Part shown: positions 39,670 through 54,130 of the stretch, one piece after another | How the letters are laid out: the number at the start of each line of letters is the position of its first letter | Numbering within the stretch: the first letter of the stretch is position 1 | NCBI RefSeq assembly: GCF_009914755.1 | Contig: NC_060935.1 | Length of the DNA stretch: 64,000 nucleotides | Strand: one strand, 5' to 3' | Source: the human T2T-CHM13v2.0 reference genome, Homo sapiens | Translations under genes and position numbers: made by a program | Notes under the pieces: model-generated | The model's database searches: none | What the model saw: only the letters and a program-made list of their open reading frames with translations | Told to the model about the DNA's origin: nothing

Positions 39670-39900
39670 CTCTCATCTTTGGATTTAGAAGACCAAGCTC
39701 TACTGCTAACTAGCTATGTGACCTTGAGTGAGTTACTTAACCTCTCTGAGTCTTTGTTTCCAAATAAATAAAATGAGGATTATAATAGCATCTATTTATT
39801 GTGACAATTAAGTGAACTAAAGCCCATGAGAGACTTAGCACAGTGTCTGCCATATTATATGCACTCAATAAGTGGTAGCTATTATGATAATCTGTTATTA
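39670..39900 (+). mobile_element. MIR
   Basis: ctagctatgtgaccttgagtgagttacttaacctctctgag...cttagcacagtgtctg...gcactcaataagtggtagct. Confidence 0.9.
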
Positions 39901-41145
39901 TACTATTATATCAAGCCTTTATTGTTTACAGCACTGAACAAAGGAATATAAAGCTTGAGTTCTTGCTTACAACCATAGGATCACGTCTATGTGAATATTC
40001 TTCCCCACACCCCCCTCTTACCTCTTCTTTCCCCTTCAATCATGCTTTTACTGCATCAGACCAGAATCTTCCCACCTAATTTGGATGATTTATTTTTGTT
40101 TCCAAATATAACACTTATTTCTCCAGAGCACTCACCTCTAAGTAACAAGATTTGTGGGGGTCATCTGAGTGGGCAGCTCTCAGTGCAATATACAAGAGCA
40201 CATTAGCACACCCAGTGGCCTCAAGGCTGTTCAAGCCTGTGATTTACAAGGTGCAGCGTGAAAGGTAGGGACTGCAGCTCTGAGCTGGACACAGAGCTTG
40301 GAGCAGAGCCTGGATCTCCCACCAGATCAGACCAGCTTGTGCCTCTGAGCGGCATCCCCTTTCTCCTCCTGACCATGCCCATTCATCTGCCAGCTGAGCC
40401 TCTGCAGCTCTCCCTCGTGCTGAGGGTGCAAGCACTAAAGGTCTGAGACTGCGATGAGATTGGCAGATGCAGAAACTCCCTGCTTACCTGTAACACACTT
40501 GAATATGTTTAATACCAGCAGCCTCAGAGTGAGCATGTTCCTCTCTAGACCCTGCTCACCAAGCCCAATTGCAGTATTTTCTGTTATGAGCTTGCTGCAC
40601 TGAAGGCTCCATTGTACTTTTCATTATTGGCAAAGATTTTCTAAGATTAATATTGAGCTAGAGGTCTGCTATCAATTTGGTGCCACAAGAATACAAAGCA
40701 GAGAATTTCTAGGCTGATTTGATTACTAGTGGCCTGAAAACATATGTAATTGAGTGTATTTGCCTTGCATACATAGGGGAATTATATAGCCATTAATCCT
40801 ACATTATTCAGGATATGCTTTCTGAGGCAGAACTTCTTTATCACATCTCTGATTGGAAATGTGCTATGCTACCACTGCAAAAGATTACTGGGGGATGAAT
40901 ATAACTATGTCATTGTAGAAAACATAGACACTACTTCTTAGGTTATTGTGTTCTTCAACAAAGTTTTTGAGAATGTCATGGCCTTTGGAATTTATACCTT
41001 CTTAAATACAAAGTCGTATATGTCAATCATTAGATAAGTTTTATTTTCATTTAGTACCTCCTATTTGGAAAACTCTTCCATGAATCAGCTTATATTGTAT
41101 TATCATAACTTGAAGGACTGAATGGAAACATTAAGAAAGACAGGG

Positions 41146-41462
41146 ATGCCTTTCCTAGATGGGATTGGAGACTATTATTCTAAGTGAAGTAACTCAGGAA
41201 CAGAAAACCAAACATCGTATGTTCTGCACTCCTCAGTGGGAGCTAAGCTATGAGGATGCAAAGGCACAAGAATGAGACAATGGACTTTGGCGACTCCGGG
41301 GGGAAAAGGGGTGAGGGATAGAAGATTACAAATTGAGTTTGGTGTATACTACTTGGGTGATGGGTGCATCAAAATCTCACAAATCGCCATTAAAGAACTT
41401 ACTCATGTAATTAAATACCACCTGTTCCCCAAAAACCTATGAGAATTAAAACTCAAAAAAAA
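41146..41462 (+). mobile_element. L1PB1-like 3' end
   Basis: gggagctaagctatgaggatgcaaaggc...aaagaacttactcatgtaa; 13-bp TSD AAGAAAGACAGGG at 41133-41145 and 41463-41475. Confidence 0.92.
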
Positions 41463-41511
41463 AAGAAAGACAGGGTAACCTCCAGCAATACTGGCCACAT
41501 GCGTAGAGACC

Positions 41512-42379
41512 TTTTTTAAAATTTATGATTGACACATAATAGTAATAATTACATATATTTACGGAGTACAACATGATGTTTTAATACAGGTATAAATTGC
41601 ATAATGATCAAATCAGAGAAATTACCAAGTTTGTCACCTTAAATATTTATCATCTCTTTGTGATGAGAATACTCTTCTAGCTATTTTGAAATATATAATA
41701 CATTACTGTTAACTCTAGACATCCTACTATGCAGTAGACCACCAGAACTTACTCCTCCTGTCTAACTGTAACTTTGTACCAATTGACTAACCTTACCATC
41801 CCTCCCTCACCTACCATTCCCGTCCTCTGTTAACTACTATTCTATTCCCTACTTCTATGAAACAATTTGGATTCCACACATGAGCAATATCATACAGTAT
41901 TTCTCTTTCTATGTCTGGCTTATTTCACTTAATGTCCTCCAGGTTCACTCACTTTACTGCAAACGACAGGTTTTTATTATTTTGTGGCCAGGTACTATTC
42001 CATTATGTATACATATATTTTATTTATCCATTCATCTGCTGATAGGCACTTAGGTTGATTTCATATTTTGTGTATTATGAATAGGGCTGCAATAAACATA
42101 GGAGTGCAGATATATCTTTGACATACTGATTTCATCAGGGAACTGCAAATCAAAGCTACAATAAGATATCACCTCACTCCAATCAGAATGCCTACTCTCA
42201 AAAAATCAAATGTAACTAGTGTTGGGGAGGACATAGAGAAAAGGGAAACCTTACACATTTCTGATAGGAATGTAGGTTAGTACAGCCATTGTGGAAAACA
42301 GTATGGTGGTCCTTCAAAAAATCAAAAATAGAACTACCATATGATCTAGCATTCCCACTGCTTTTTATATAGCCAAAAG
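41512..42379 (-). mobile_element. L1MA4-6-like 3' end with inverted 5' segment (42133-42379, +)
   Basis: Minus-strand 3' UTR (tgacacataata...tctagctattttgaaatata) to 42135, then plus-strand ORF2 end. Confidence 0.88.
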
Positions 42380-42567
42380 TATGGAGGTTTGATGAGAAAA
42401 TTAAAAACTGGGGTATTGTCCTCATTTTCACACATGGATAAAGTGCAAGTAAAGAAGTTTTCATGGTCTTAAATAGAGCAGTTAAATTCCAGCACTTTTT
42501 ACCATCCTAAACTGTTTGATTTTTGTCACCAGCTCTCCATCCAAATTATTCCCAATAGGCTCCAGAG

Positions 42568-42838
42568 TAGCCTTTTTCAAAAATATTTCTGCAAAACACT
42601 AGTCTAAAATATACCCTTACTCCTTCCTCAGTCAAATACTCTAAATAAAAAGCACTCCTTAGTCAAATAAGATTTGGGAATACCATATTTTATATGTTGT
42701 ATTTGGATATTTGTAATTCATAACATAGACTGTGAAGTCCTTTGGTGAAGAGACTCATTTAATTTTGGATTGCCCAAATTTATTTGATAAGGAATCTTTG
42801 AGTTATAATGTATTATAAAACCAACTTTAGAGAAAGTT
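42568..42838. mobile_element. hAT-Charlie MITE (MER112-like, tentative)
   Basis: aaaacactagt...gtcaaataagatttgggaa...ctgtgaagtcct...cccaaatttatttga, with internal inverted repeats. Confidence 0.5.
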
Positions 42839-44239
42839 CTATTAGGACATATGCTGATCATTTACTTTTATGTGAAATAATCATCTCTCTTCTCAGCATT
42901 CACAGGAAACACAAAAAGTGGCTGAACTAAGTGAGATCAACAAGTGAACACTTAATCTTTCTTCGACAAAGGGATAAAGAAAAGTTGGTCTTTTTTTAAT
43001 TCAGTATTTTGTGATGAAGGTAAAGTGTCTATATCCACATTGCCTGCACAGACTGCAGGAACCATCTGCTGAGCTTGGTAGTAGCCCCTCCCATCCTCAC
43101 ACTTCCCTTCCCAAGCAATGTGTGGTCCAGGTTATGACTTCTTGGAGCATGTCTACAGTTACCATAGCTACTCCTGAGCAGGCACTGCCTGAATGCACCT
43201 GGTGCTGCTCTATAGCTCCACAGCCAGCCCTACAGATCACAAATGTCTCACATGGCTCTCCCCTTCCAGTGATATAATTGGATCCATTGCTCATCTGTCA
43301 TGCCCAAAGTAGAAACAGACAACAGGCCATCTGTTCCACCTCTCTGAGTTCTTTTCCTCAGCATGAGGCCCCATCTCTTCTGTTCATTGTTACTATAGTA
43401 AGGTGCACCCATGGTAACGATGAACTGTGTGGCCTTGGAGCTACCCACTTAGCTGCCTGAGGTACACTGACTCAGTGTCAACTCCTTCATTAGTTACAAG
43501 GGCTGCTCTTACCAACCTCTGAGAATAAAAAACAAATCTAAATGCTTTGTATTTCCTGGTGATGCTTTCTTGGGCTTGTTTAATACATTTTATGGCCCAT
43601 TGTCTTCTGCAAATGGTTGGGTCTGTTTTAACCAAGTGTGAAGAATAATTAAGATCATTCCAAGTCAAATGAAGTGTTCAAATACATTGGAAGAGGACTT
43701 CAAGTGCTGTAAATGTCTCATTACCTCTGACATGATGTAACAGGGTATGTTTTAGCTCTGTTGCATTCCACTAAAATGTCTATGCTGGGGCTTTGCCTTA
43801 CACACCATCTCCACTTATCTGCGCATCAAGAACTGTCCCCCAACTGCCACCTGTGCTCCAGGTGCTATAAAAGTACACCAGGCTAATGAGAAAGAAACTG
43901 ATGCTTGGATGGAGCTCAGCAAAGTCTTGAAGCGCCTTCTGGCAAACTCACCTATAGGGCAATAGTGAGGTGTTGGCAGCTACTGAGAGATGACTTACCT
44001 CCAACTGCAGCAAGATAAAAAGCAAATGTGTCTCTTTCACCCAGGAATATATGCAATCATCCTTCAAATGGTAACAGGTGGAAGTGGTAGCAGACAGGTG
44101 TGGATGAGCTCCCTTCCTCCTTCTCCCTCTGAGGATCTCACTGGTTCCTAAGCCCAGAAGCATCCCTCTCCACAAAGATGAAATCAATGGATTCTGATTT
44201 GAGAAGAACCACCACTCCCCCAGCAATCCTAAATTTATA

Positions 44240-44450
44240 TATAAACTAATAGCTAATAAGCACTATTTTTCTAGGCACTATGTTAATGCCTCACATATGT
44301 TGAAATTTGTCTAAGCGATAATTCCTTCAAGTAGTTTCTATTATTGTATTTTATATTTAAGAAAATTAAGGCTTAGAAACTTATTTACCCACAAACCATA
44401 TACCCTTGATAAAGCAGGAATTCAAATCCATGTCTGTGTGACTCTACGTA
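44240..44450 (-). mobile_element. MIR
   Basis: taatagctaa...ctaggcactatg...gaaaattaaggcttaga...ggaattcaaatccatgtctgtgtgactc. Confidence 0.7.
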
Positions 44451-45158
44451 AACTCTGTCATGCTGCATGTTCCTATACTTCCTGTTCCCATAGTCTACGT
44501 ATTTCCAGATACCCATTACTCAGTTGCCATGCCCAACGATTATGTGTTCTATTTGCCACAATATTTCCTGTTATTTCCCCTACTTCTGTGGCTTCCCACC
44601 TTCTTCAACAGACATTTTTGCAACCTCGACCCTTCCTGTCTGCTCCAACCTGCTCTTGTCAACCAGACCACATCCAGTCAAACCCCAGGGTACAACACCT
44701 CTATTCCAAAAAGATATGCTTAGGATAGAAAAATTATGATGCATAAAAAGCTGTCCACCATGCTTCACTGCCCATGAGAATGACTAGTAATGCTTTTATA
44801 TAACACTTTACAGATAGCAATTCAATTTAACATTACCTTATTTAATATGAACAAATAGTTCAAGTTTCAAATAGCAAAATTATTCTCTGCAAGTAAGCCC
44901 GTCTATATACAAACTGGCACTTGAGACATTCTCCAGTAAAGGAGGGAAATGTCTAAGCCAACAATAAAGTGCATTTAAATAAATTCGTAAAAGTCATTTT
45001 TGTTTCTTTCTTCAATTCAAAATTTACATTTGCACTTTCACAAACCTGGTTTATTTGTATTTCACAAGTCTACTGCTTTGTAACCTAGAACAAGTCTCCA
45101 TTAACTTATTTTTATTGAACAGACAAGGCAGTGGTTTATCAAATAAGCAAATAATTAC

Positions 45159-45533
45159 TGTGTTGGTTCATTTTCATATTGCTATAAAGAACTGCCCGAG
45201 ACTGGGTAATTTATAAAGGAAAGAGGTTTGACTCACAGGTCAGCATGGCTGGGGAGGCCTCAGCAAACTTACAATCATGACGGAAGGCAAAGGGAAAGCA
45301 AAGCACCTTCTTCACAAGGCAGCAGGAAGGAAAAATGCTGAGTAAAGAGGGAGAAGCCCCTTATAAAGCCATCAGATCTCATGAGAACTCACTCATTATC
45401 ACAAGAACAGCATAAGGGAAACCACCCCCAAGAATCAATTACCTCCACCTGGTCTCTCCCTTGACACGTGGGGATTGTGGGAATTATAATTAAAGATGAG
45501 ATTTAGGTGGGGACACAAAGCCTAACCATATCA
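45159..45533 (-). mobile_element. THE1D solo LTR
   Basis: TG...CA termini, cctggtctctcccttgacacgtgggg; 5-bp TSD ATTAC. Confidence 0.95.
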
Positions 45534-45700
45534 ATTACCTCGGGTTAAAAGTACTATTTTAGGCCAATATTTTGCAGATATGCTGTTATTCTTTCCTAGA
45601 GTGGACATTAACTTCCAAATAACCTTCAGCTATATTACTAGTAAACTATGCATACTGACTGTTTATCTATGTAAAAATTAATACGTATCTGAACATTCTC

Positions 45701-46789
45701 TGTCAAATCCTAGGCCATCCTGGCTTGGCCTAAGACCACCCTCAGGTTGAATGATTTGTTATAAAGACTCACAGAACTCAGAAAAACTGTTATACTCATG
45801 TTTATGGTTTATTGCAGTGAAATAATACAGACAAAAATCAGCAAAGGCAAAAGACACATAGGACAGATTCCAGGAGAAGCAAGACATGAGTTTCCAGGTG
45901 GCTTCTAGTGGAGTCATCAGATAGCACTTAATTCTTTCAGAAATGGTGTGTAAGAACACATACAAAATATTGCTAGCTGGGGAAGCTCACCTACGCCTTG
46001 GTGGTGGGGGTTTTTATTTGGAACCAGTCACATAGGTATGGAGTTCCCACAGTCTGACCTTAACAACTCAGTCTCCAGCACCCCCAGAGGTCAGCCTGGC
46101 TCAGTGTATTAGTCCGTTCTCACACTGCCATAAAGGACTACCTGAGACTGGGTAATTTATAAAGAAAAGAGGTTTAATTAGCTCATGGTTCTGCAGGCTG
46201 TACAGGAAGCATGGCTGAGAAGGCTTCAGGAAACTTACAATCACGGCAGAAAGTGAAGGAGAGGCCAGCACATCCTACATGGCCGGAGCAGCAGGAAGAG
46301 AGAGAGAGTGAGCAAAGGGGAAGGTGATACATACTTTCAAACGACCAGATCTCATGAGAACTCTATCAACTCTATCACGAGGCAACACTCAACGGATAGT
46401 GCTAAACCAATAGAAACCACCCTCATGATCCAATCACCTCCCACCAGGCCCCACGTCCAACACTCAGGGTTACAATTCAACATGAGATTTTGGTGGGGAC
46501 ACAGAGCCAAACCATATCACTCAGGAACCCAGGGAAACAAACTCCAGCATTCATGATAAATCACATTGTTAACATAAACTATTGTTATAAACATAAAGGC
46601 ATTCATCATAAATCACACTGATAACATAAACACACTTATGTGGACCAAGATCTCAGGTAGACAAAGACACTCTTATTAGGCAGGATATTCAAGGGCTTAC
46701 AGGTTATCTTTCAGGGACTGGTTAATGGCCAGCCTATTTTTTGCAATGCGCAGGGATCAAGTACCCCCAAGTTAACTCCATGCTACACA
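45701..46789 (-). mobile_element. MER68/MER77-like ERVL LTR split by MSTA
   Basis: aagaccaccctcagg...gactcacagaactcagaaaa...gacactcttattaggcaggatattc...gttaactcc. Confidence 0.8.
46105..46519 (-). mobile_element. MSTA solo LTR
   Basis: tgtattagtccgttctcacactg...gagccaaaccatatca; 5-bp TSD CTCAG. Confidence 0.95.
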
Positions 46790-47359
46790 GAGACCTATTG
46801 AACAAATTTATTTTTGAATATTGGCTTAAACTTCTCTAGTTAGCTTTATGCTGATTATCTTCATTAATTCAAAAATGCAGTGGGCCTGTAGCAGTCCTAG
46901 AAGCAATGTAGACAAACATGATAAAAATGTAGTAGATCTAAAGCTTTTTAAATACCCCTAAATAGCCCTTCTTAATTAAAGAGAGTGGGGGCATTACTGA
47001 ATTATTAATAGATGGCTGTTAAATTGTAGACCACATTGACACATTTATGTAGATAAGTCTCTTTGCTTTACAACCAAGAATGACTGCATGTGTTGCGTGT
47101 ACACTTTAGAGAATAGTAAGGCCCTTTGTATAAGCAATGTGTTCCAAACCAGTGTGTTTGGTTTGATGGAACTCTTGTGAAGGAGACAGCCGGATACAGC
47201 AGAGAGTGCATCAGGGTTTCTGGTTCTGCTCCTTAACAGCTGTGGCTTGGTTGGCAAAATTGCCATCTTTGGATTCTAGTTTCCTGATGCATATATCTGG
47301 ATTGTGTATTCCAGACATAAACAAATATCTGGACTGTGTAGTCCTTCAGATCCCGCGCA

Positions 47360-48030
<671 letters not shown>

Positions 48031-48382
48031 TATCTTTTCAGTTCCCATCACAGTCTCAGTTGTTCATAATGGGCAAACAAACATCTCATGTCAGGTCTGT
48101 TATCCACTCTCACCCCAACCTTCCAAAGCTCAGTAAGAGATCTTGCCAAAAAAGTTTATACAGCAGTTGCTTCTTATCCCTGCTAAACAATCTTGACTCT
48201 GCCATCCTTCAGGGCTAAAGTCCTCAAGATCTGCCTCATGCATCAGCCCACCAGCTTCCCATCTTCAAATTCTTTTCAGATATCTTTGCCTTTCCATCTC
48301 TTACTCCAAAACACTGATTCTTAGAATGAGCGAACCTCAACTCGTACACCCTCCAGTTCACCCTCATTACTGCCAGCCCTAT

Positions 48383-48851
48383 TATGTTAGTTTCCTAGAG
48401 CTGCTGTAACAAAGTAGGACCAACTGAGTAGCTCCAACAACAGAAAATCATTGTCTTACAGTTCTGGAAACTCAAAGTCCAGGATCAAGGTGTCAGCAAG
48501 GAAGGTTCCTTCTAAAGACTGTGAGGAAGATGCTGGTCCAGGCCTCTCTGATAGCTTCTGGTGGTTTGCTAGCAATCTTTGGGGTTCCTTGGCTTGTAGA
48601 TATGTCACCCCAGTCTCTGCCTTCAGGCTTACATGGTGTTCTCCTTGTATGTGTGTCTCTGTGTCTGAATTTCTACTTTATATGAAGATACCAGACCTAC
48701 TGCATTGGGAGCTTACCCTAGTCCAGTATGGCCTCATCTTAACTAATTACATCTGCAATGATCCTATTTCCAAATGAGGTCACATTCTGAGGTACTGGGG
48801 TTAGGACTTCAACACATGAATTTTGAGGGAGACACGATTCAGCCCATAACT
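48383..48851 (-). mobile_element. MLT1C LTR
   Basis: ttagtttcctagagctgctgtaacaaagt...cctatttccaaatgaggtcacattctgaggtactggggttaggacttcaac. Confidence 0.92.
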
Positions 48852-49051
48852 ACTCTTTTCTAGCTCTTCTGGAGACACATTTTCCTGAAAGACTCAACTC
48901 TATGTCTGGTAATCCTATCATTACCATTACCACCATCCCCTTCTGAAGTCAGACCTTCAGCCTGTACCCAGATTTATATTCCTTCTGGGATCTTGCATCT
49001 TGCTTAACTAGATTGTTCTATAATTCACAAGAAAGTATAAAACACTCTCTC

Positions 49052-49376
<325 letters not shown>

Positions 49377-49479
49377 TCAGCTAATTTTTCAAGCAAACAA
49401 TTATTTTAAACTTTCATCTACTGGGAATCTAAGGCATTCCTGGTTCCCTAGGATCTCACAACTTCAGCAGGGAGAAAAA

Positions 49480-49680
49480 TCTATATATATTTAAGACCTT
49501 CTCACAGTTAATATCATGTAACCCTTCAACAATTCTGTGAGAAGGCATTACTATCACAGTTTTGCAAATGAGGGAAAAGATGTTCAGCAAAAAGACTTTG
49601 ATATTGCTATAATCCAAAATATCAGAAAGCACAAGATATTGGAAAGTAAGGGAAGACACAGAAAATGTCAAATCCAGCTG
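49480..49680 (-). mobile_element. MIR
   Basis: tcatgtaacccttcaacaattctgtgag...ttttgcaaatgagg. Confidence 0.55.
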
Positions 49681-49954
49681 AACCTTACACCAGTTGGAGA
49701 ATGTGGAGGAAAAGGTCAGTACTGAAAATATTCTGTCTGATGTGTGATCCCCAGTTTTCATAGTGTTTATTGGGGTAGGAGGGAGGAGAGCTCCCTGAGG
49801 GCACTCTTGCGAAGCTGTGGTTTCCAGGAGCACAGCATAGCCTGTACTTCCAATCATTTTTTTCCGCATACTTTGACAGTAGAAGAAAAACACCACCATA
49901 AAAATTATAATTTTTAGGATAAGAGTAAATTAATCAATGGAAAATGTTTATTTT

Positions 49955-50494
49955 GTATGGTGTTAGGAACTCAGGAGATTCCTGTACTGAAGTCCTGACC
50001 TCCAGCACTTCAGAGTGTGACCATACATGTGTATTTGAAGATAGGATCTTTATTCAGGTAATTCAATTAAAATGAGACCCTAAGGTGGGGCCCTAATTTT
50101 ATATGACTGGTGTCCTTATAAGAAGAAGAAATTTGGACATAACCACATGCACAGGGAAGACAAAGTGAAGGCAGCAGGGAGGAGATAGCCATCTAAAAGC
50201 CAAGGAGAGAAACCTGGAACAGGTCCTTCCTTCATGGCCTTTGGAAGGAACCAATGCCGATGACACTTTGATCTTGGACTTCTAGCCTCCGAAACTGAAA
50301 AAACATTAATTTCTAGGAGAATTGCTTGAGCCCAGGAGGCGGAGGTTGCAGTGAGCCGAGATCGCGCCACTGCACTCCAGCCTAGCCGACAGAGCGAGAC
50401 TCAGTCTCAAAAAAAAAAAACAAAAACGTAACTTCTATTGTTTAAGCCACCCAGTCTGTAGTACTTTGTTATGCACCCCTAGCAAACTAATACA
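49955..50494 (+). mobile_element. MLT1B LTR split by an Alu fragment
   Basis: atatgactggtgtccttataagaag...gatcttggacttctagcctcc...ttgtttaagccacccagt...agcaaactaataca. Confidence 0.92.
50315..50420 (+). mobile_element. 5'-truncated Alu (right-arm end)
   Basis: aggagaattgcttgagcccaggaggcggagg...gagcgagactc + A-tail; degenerate TSD aaaaac..aa.ttcta. Confidence 0.92.
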
Positions 50495-51104
50495 TCTGGC
50501 TACTTCTTTTCAATGGAAAGAGAATTGATAAGAGATCAAGACTTAAAGACAATGCAAAGCTTCCCCCAACCCTTTTTTTTTTTTTTTTTTTTTGCAACTT
50601 AAGAAAATTTCCATTAATGGGTTCACTAATTTGTATATCCACACTGTGGCAAAAAATAACAGACATGGTTTAAATATTGTTACTACATGTGACACACACC
50701 CCTAGAAGAGTGATTCCTAAAGTAAAATGCAAATTTGTCACTTCTTTTTGGGGAAGAAAGTTAATTCGTGCTGTGTGGCAAGAGGAAGACAAGTTGACTA
50801 GGAGAACAAAAGAATAGATGAGAAAAGACATAGAAGAAAGAAATTGGAGGAACCATGAAGAAAGAAAGAAATCACCTAGAAGTTAAAAAAACTTGAAAGC
50901 CCAGGAACACTAAGATGGCATGCATCATTGTGATAAAGTGCCACGGGTTCTTTATGACATGTACTTAGGTAATTATTTGGCAGCCGGCTTGTCTTTATAT
51001 CTTGTAAAATTTTAATGAAAGTATTATAGAGTCAATCATTAATCTTAGGTGATAAGCTAACATGCTAGCAACATAAAACCTCAAGAATACAAATGTATAT
51101 TTTC

Positions 51105-51365
51105 ATCATAGAACTGTAGTTAAAGATATACATGAGTCAGGTTGCTTGGGTTTGAATCCTAATTTCATAGCTTACCAGTTGTGTGACCTTGACAAAATTA
51201 GTCAACATTCTTTCGCTTCAGTTTCCTCATCTGCAAAAGAGAGTAGTAATATTACCTAATCCATAAGGCTATTAGGGTCAAATGAGTTAATAGAAATAAA
51301 GTTCTTAGAATAGTGCCTACAATATAGTGAGAATCATATAAATGTTTATTATAATCATCATCATC
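51105..51365 (+). mobile_element. MIR
   Basis: gggtttgaatcct...gtgtgaccttgacaa...tcagtttcctcatctg...gttcttagaatagtgcct. Confidence 0.9.
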
Positions 51366-52020
51366 AATATAAATTGCAAAGGAATTAGTAAGCATTGGCC
51401 AATTGTCATGTGTGCTGTTTCTTTTGGGGATGTTACCCTGTATCTTTTTAATATCTAAAGTATTTGAAGGGAGCAGATTGTGTTGTGTGGGGAAGGGAGG
51501 CTTTTTTTTATTATTTCAAAGATGAAATTGAAAGAAAGGTGAAACTGAAAGAAAGCTCTCCTCAGATCCATATATAAAAATGAACAAATGATCAAATAAA
51601 TGCTTTACCTATATATATCTGTCCCATGCTCTGAAATAACTCCTTTTTAAAAAAATTAATTTTTTTAACTTCCCAATTCTTCTTCAGTATTTTAGTGAGA
51701 ATCAACCCTTATGAGTCTGAATTTCCAAAAGGAAAAGAAATAGTTCTCATTTTTCTGGCTTACAATTCAGTTTCCATTTCAAATGCTTTTTTTTTCCCTG
51801 CTTTGGAATTACGTTACAATTATCACAGAGATTTTGCTCATTTTAAGCAACAGGCCCCAGTATTTAGCCTTTGTTCATGAAGAGGACTGATTGCTGCTCA
51901 GACCATGTGCTCAACAGGAAATAAGCATTGATGTGATGATGGCTACTTCTGGGCCATATTTATATCCAAGCTTGAGCATCCATTTGGTGTGGGCCTCCCA
52001 ATACCCAGAGTAACATAAAC

Positions 52021-52046
52021 CACACACACACACACACACACACACA
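52021..52046. repeat. (CA)13 microsatellite
   Basis: Direct reading. Confidence 0.95.
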
Positions 52047-52289
52047 AACCAACAAATGCTAAGTGAGGGTACTGCTTCAGAGGACCTATCAGAGGAGAGA
52101 TGCTGGCAGAAACTGAGGTAGAGCTGCTAGGGCCTTATTTCTAGAACCTATGAGTTCTGAGTGCCTTTGCCTGGTGAATTTTTACCAGACAAGCTTTATA
52201 TACCATGTCTGAGATGAGGGTGGCCTGGGTTCCAGAAAAGATCCAGCCTTTGGAAAAAATAGCCTCCTCATTGTTCTCCGAAATTATAA

Positions 52290-53430
52290 TCATAATAGCT
52301 AAAAATCAAGTGTTTTGCTATGTGCCATTAAAAATACAAACTTCTTAACATCCATTATCACACTTATTCTTCACAACAATCCCATACATGTTATTACTAT
52401 AATAATTTTAAAGAATAAGTCTTGGAGAATTTGAGTAATTTTCCCAAAATTAGAATTTCCAAAATAAAAATTAAATAGTAAGGAACAGAGCCAAGAATTG
52501 AAACCAGATCTGTCTGACTCCGTAGCCTAAGCTCTTAACCACTGAGCTAACATTCCCTTACTCTGCCGTGCTGACCACCATTTCTCCCCTTGGCGGTTCT
52601 TCTCTACACTACAGCCAGTTTTCTGCCTAAAGCCCAGCTCCAATCATGCCATTCCTCTGCGTATGATATGTGATGGCCGCCCACTGCCTACCAAACTCCT
52701 GAGATTGGCCTTCACGGTACTCTACCTCTCCAAAGTCATCTCACTGATGTGCTAGGCTCTAACCAAACCACATTTGCTGCTTTCGGTCATAAAGACAGTC
52801 CCCTGCCTCTCTGCCTTCGTGCTCACTGCCCTCTCTGCCTGGAATCTCTGTTTCATCATCTACACTCATTGAATAACCATCACTGCCACCAATGGCTACA
52901 ACAACAATGGCTACCATTTATTGTGTCCTTACTTTACACCAACTTTGTGACCAGCCTTCTACCCAATGAGGCAGATACTATTATTATTTCAGTTTAAACG
53001 GGAAAATATTTTAAGGCTCAGCAATGCCAGGTCCAGGGTCCCACAGCTAATAGGTGGGCTTAGGAAAATTTGAACCCAATTGGCTGAAGACAGACTTGGA
53101 GTTCCCCACCACTATGCTATAGAGGTGGGTGGTGTCATGCCCAGCCTTTGAAGTCTCATGCACCACACATGAAAGCCACTTTGCTCAGCCTTTCTGATCC
53201 CCTAACAAAAATCAGCCATCAGCCCCTGCTTCCCACAGGGTCTCACACTGCTTGCCTCTGTTGTAAAAATTACTTCACTCTGTTTTATTTTAGCTGTGTC
53301 TCTCACCCACAAGATGCACTCTGCTTGAGGCCGTACCATCCATCTTTGCATCCTTCCTGAATCTAGTGCTATATCTGAAGCTCAGCAGGAGCTTCCTTGA
53401 TGTGTTTTGAATTCATTCAATGACTGTTTA
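52290..53430. mobile_element. Cluster of MIR (-) and L2 (+) fragments
   Basis: MIR 52290-52550 and 52905-53120; L2-like 52600-52870 and 53290-53430. Confidence 0.6.
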
Positions 53431-53479
53431 TTGAACTCCTACAGAAATGATCTCAGCCCTGCCCGCAAGCTCCCTGGTG

Positions 53480-53620
53480 TAATTGTTCTTATCCTTTTTT
53501 GGTTCACACCCCCCTTTGAGAATCTGATGAAAGCCATGCATCTTTACAACAGAGAAACGCAACAACCAATGAAATTTTACATCCTTCTTCAGGTAGTTTG
53601 TGGATTCTGAGTTTAGAGTC
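53480..53620 (-). mobile_element. Charlie4z-like hAT MITE
   Basis: ccccctttgagaatctgatgaaagccatg...aaattttaca. Confidence 0.7.
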
Positions 53621-53664
53621 TAATTGATTTGAATTCAATTATTAGCAATCGAACATTTCTTGTT

Positions 53665-54130
53665 ATTTCTATTAATCAAGGCTTTTTTTCCCAAATTATA
53701 GAAATCCAACTCAGCTTAGTTTAGACAAAAGGAGTTTGTTTGCTTGTTTTATTTTGTTTTTTGGCATAGAGAGTCCAGGGAAATGATTACATTAAATAAC
53801 AACAACACAAATAGAGCTGTGAGCTTGGTCTCTGAAACAAATGGAGCCAGATACTCAAATATTACTAGGATATGCTTCTTTCTGCAGATCATACCAGCTT
53901 CCTCCACCACTTGGAGGACAGAGCTTGCTGACCATTCCTGTGTTTCACTTCTCACCACAAGAGAGGGCTGCCCCTCCTCCATTTGTCACAATTTTATTAA
54001 AAATCCCAAGGAAGGATTCTGCTTGGCAAACTTGAGTGACACGTTGTCTCCCAAATAATTGGTTTTTGGAGAAAGAAAAGCCCCATAGAAAGGGGATGTT
54101 CTTCCCAGAAGAAGCAGGGGTAGAAGGTCG
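53665..54130 (-). mobile_element. Old MLT1K/L-like LTR
   Basis: agaaatccaactcagc...aaaggagttt...tctttctgcag...aaaaatcccaaggaaggattctgcttgg. Confidence 0.45.
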
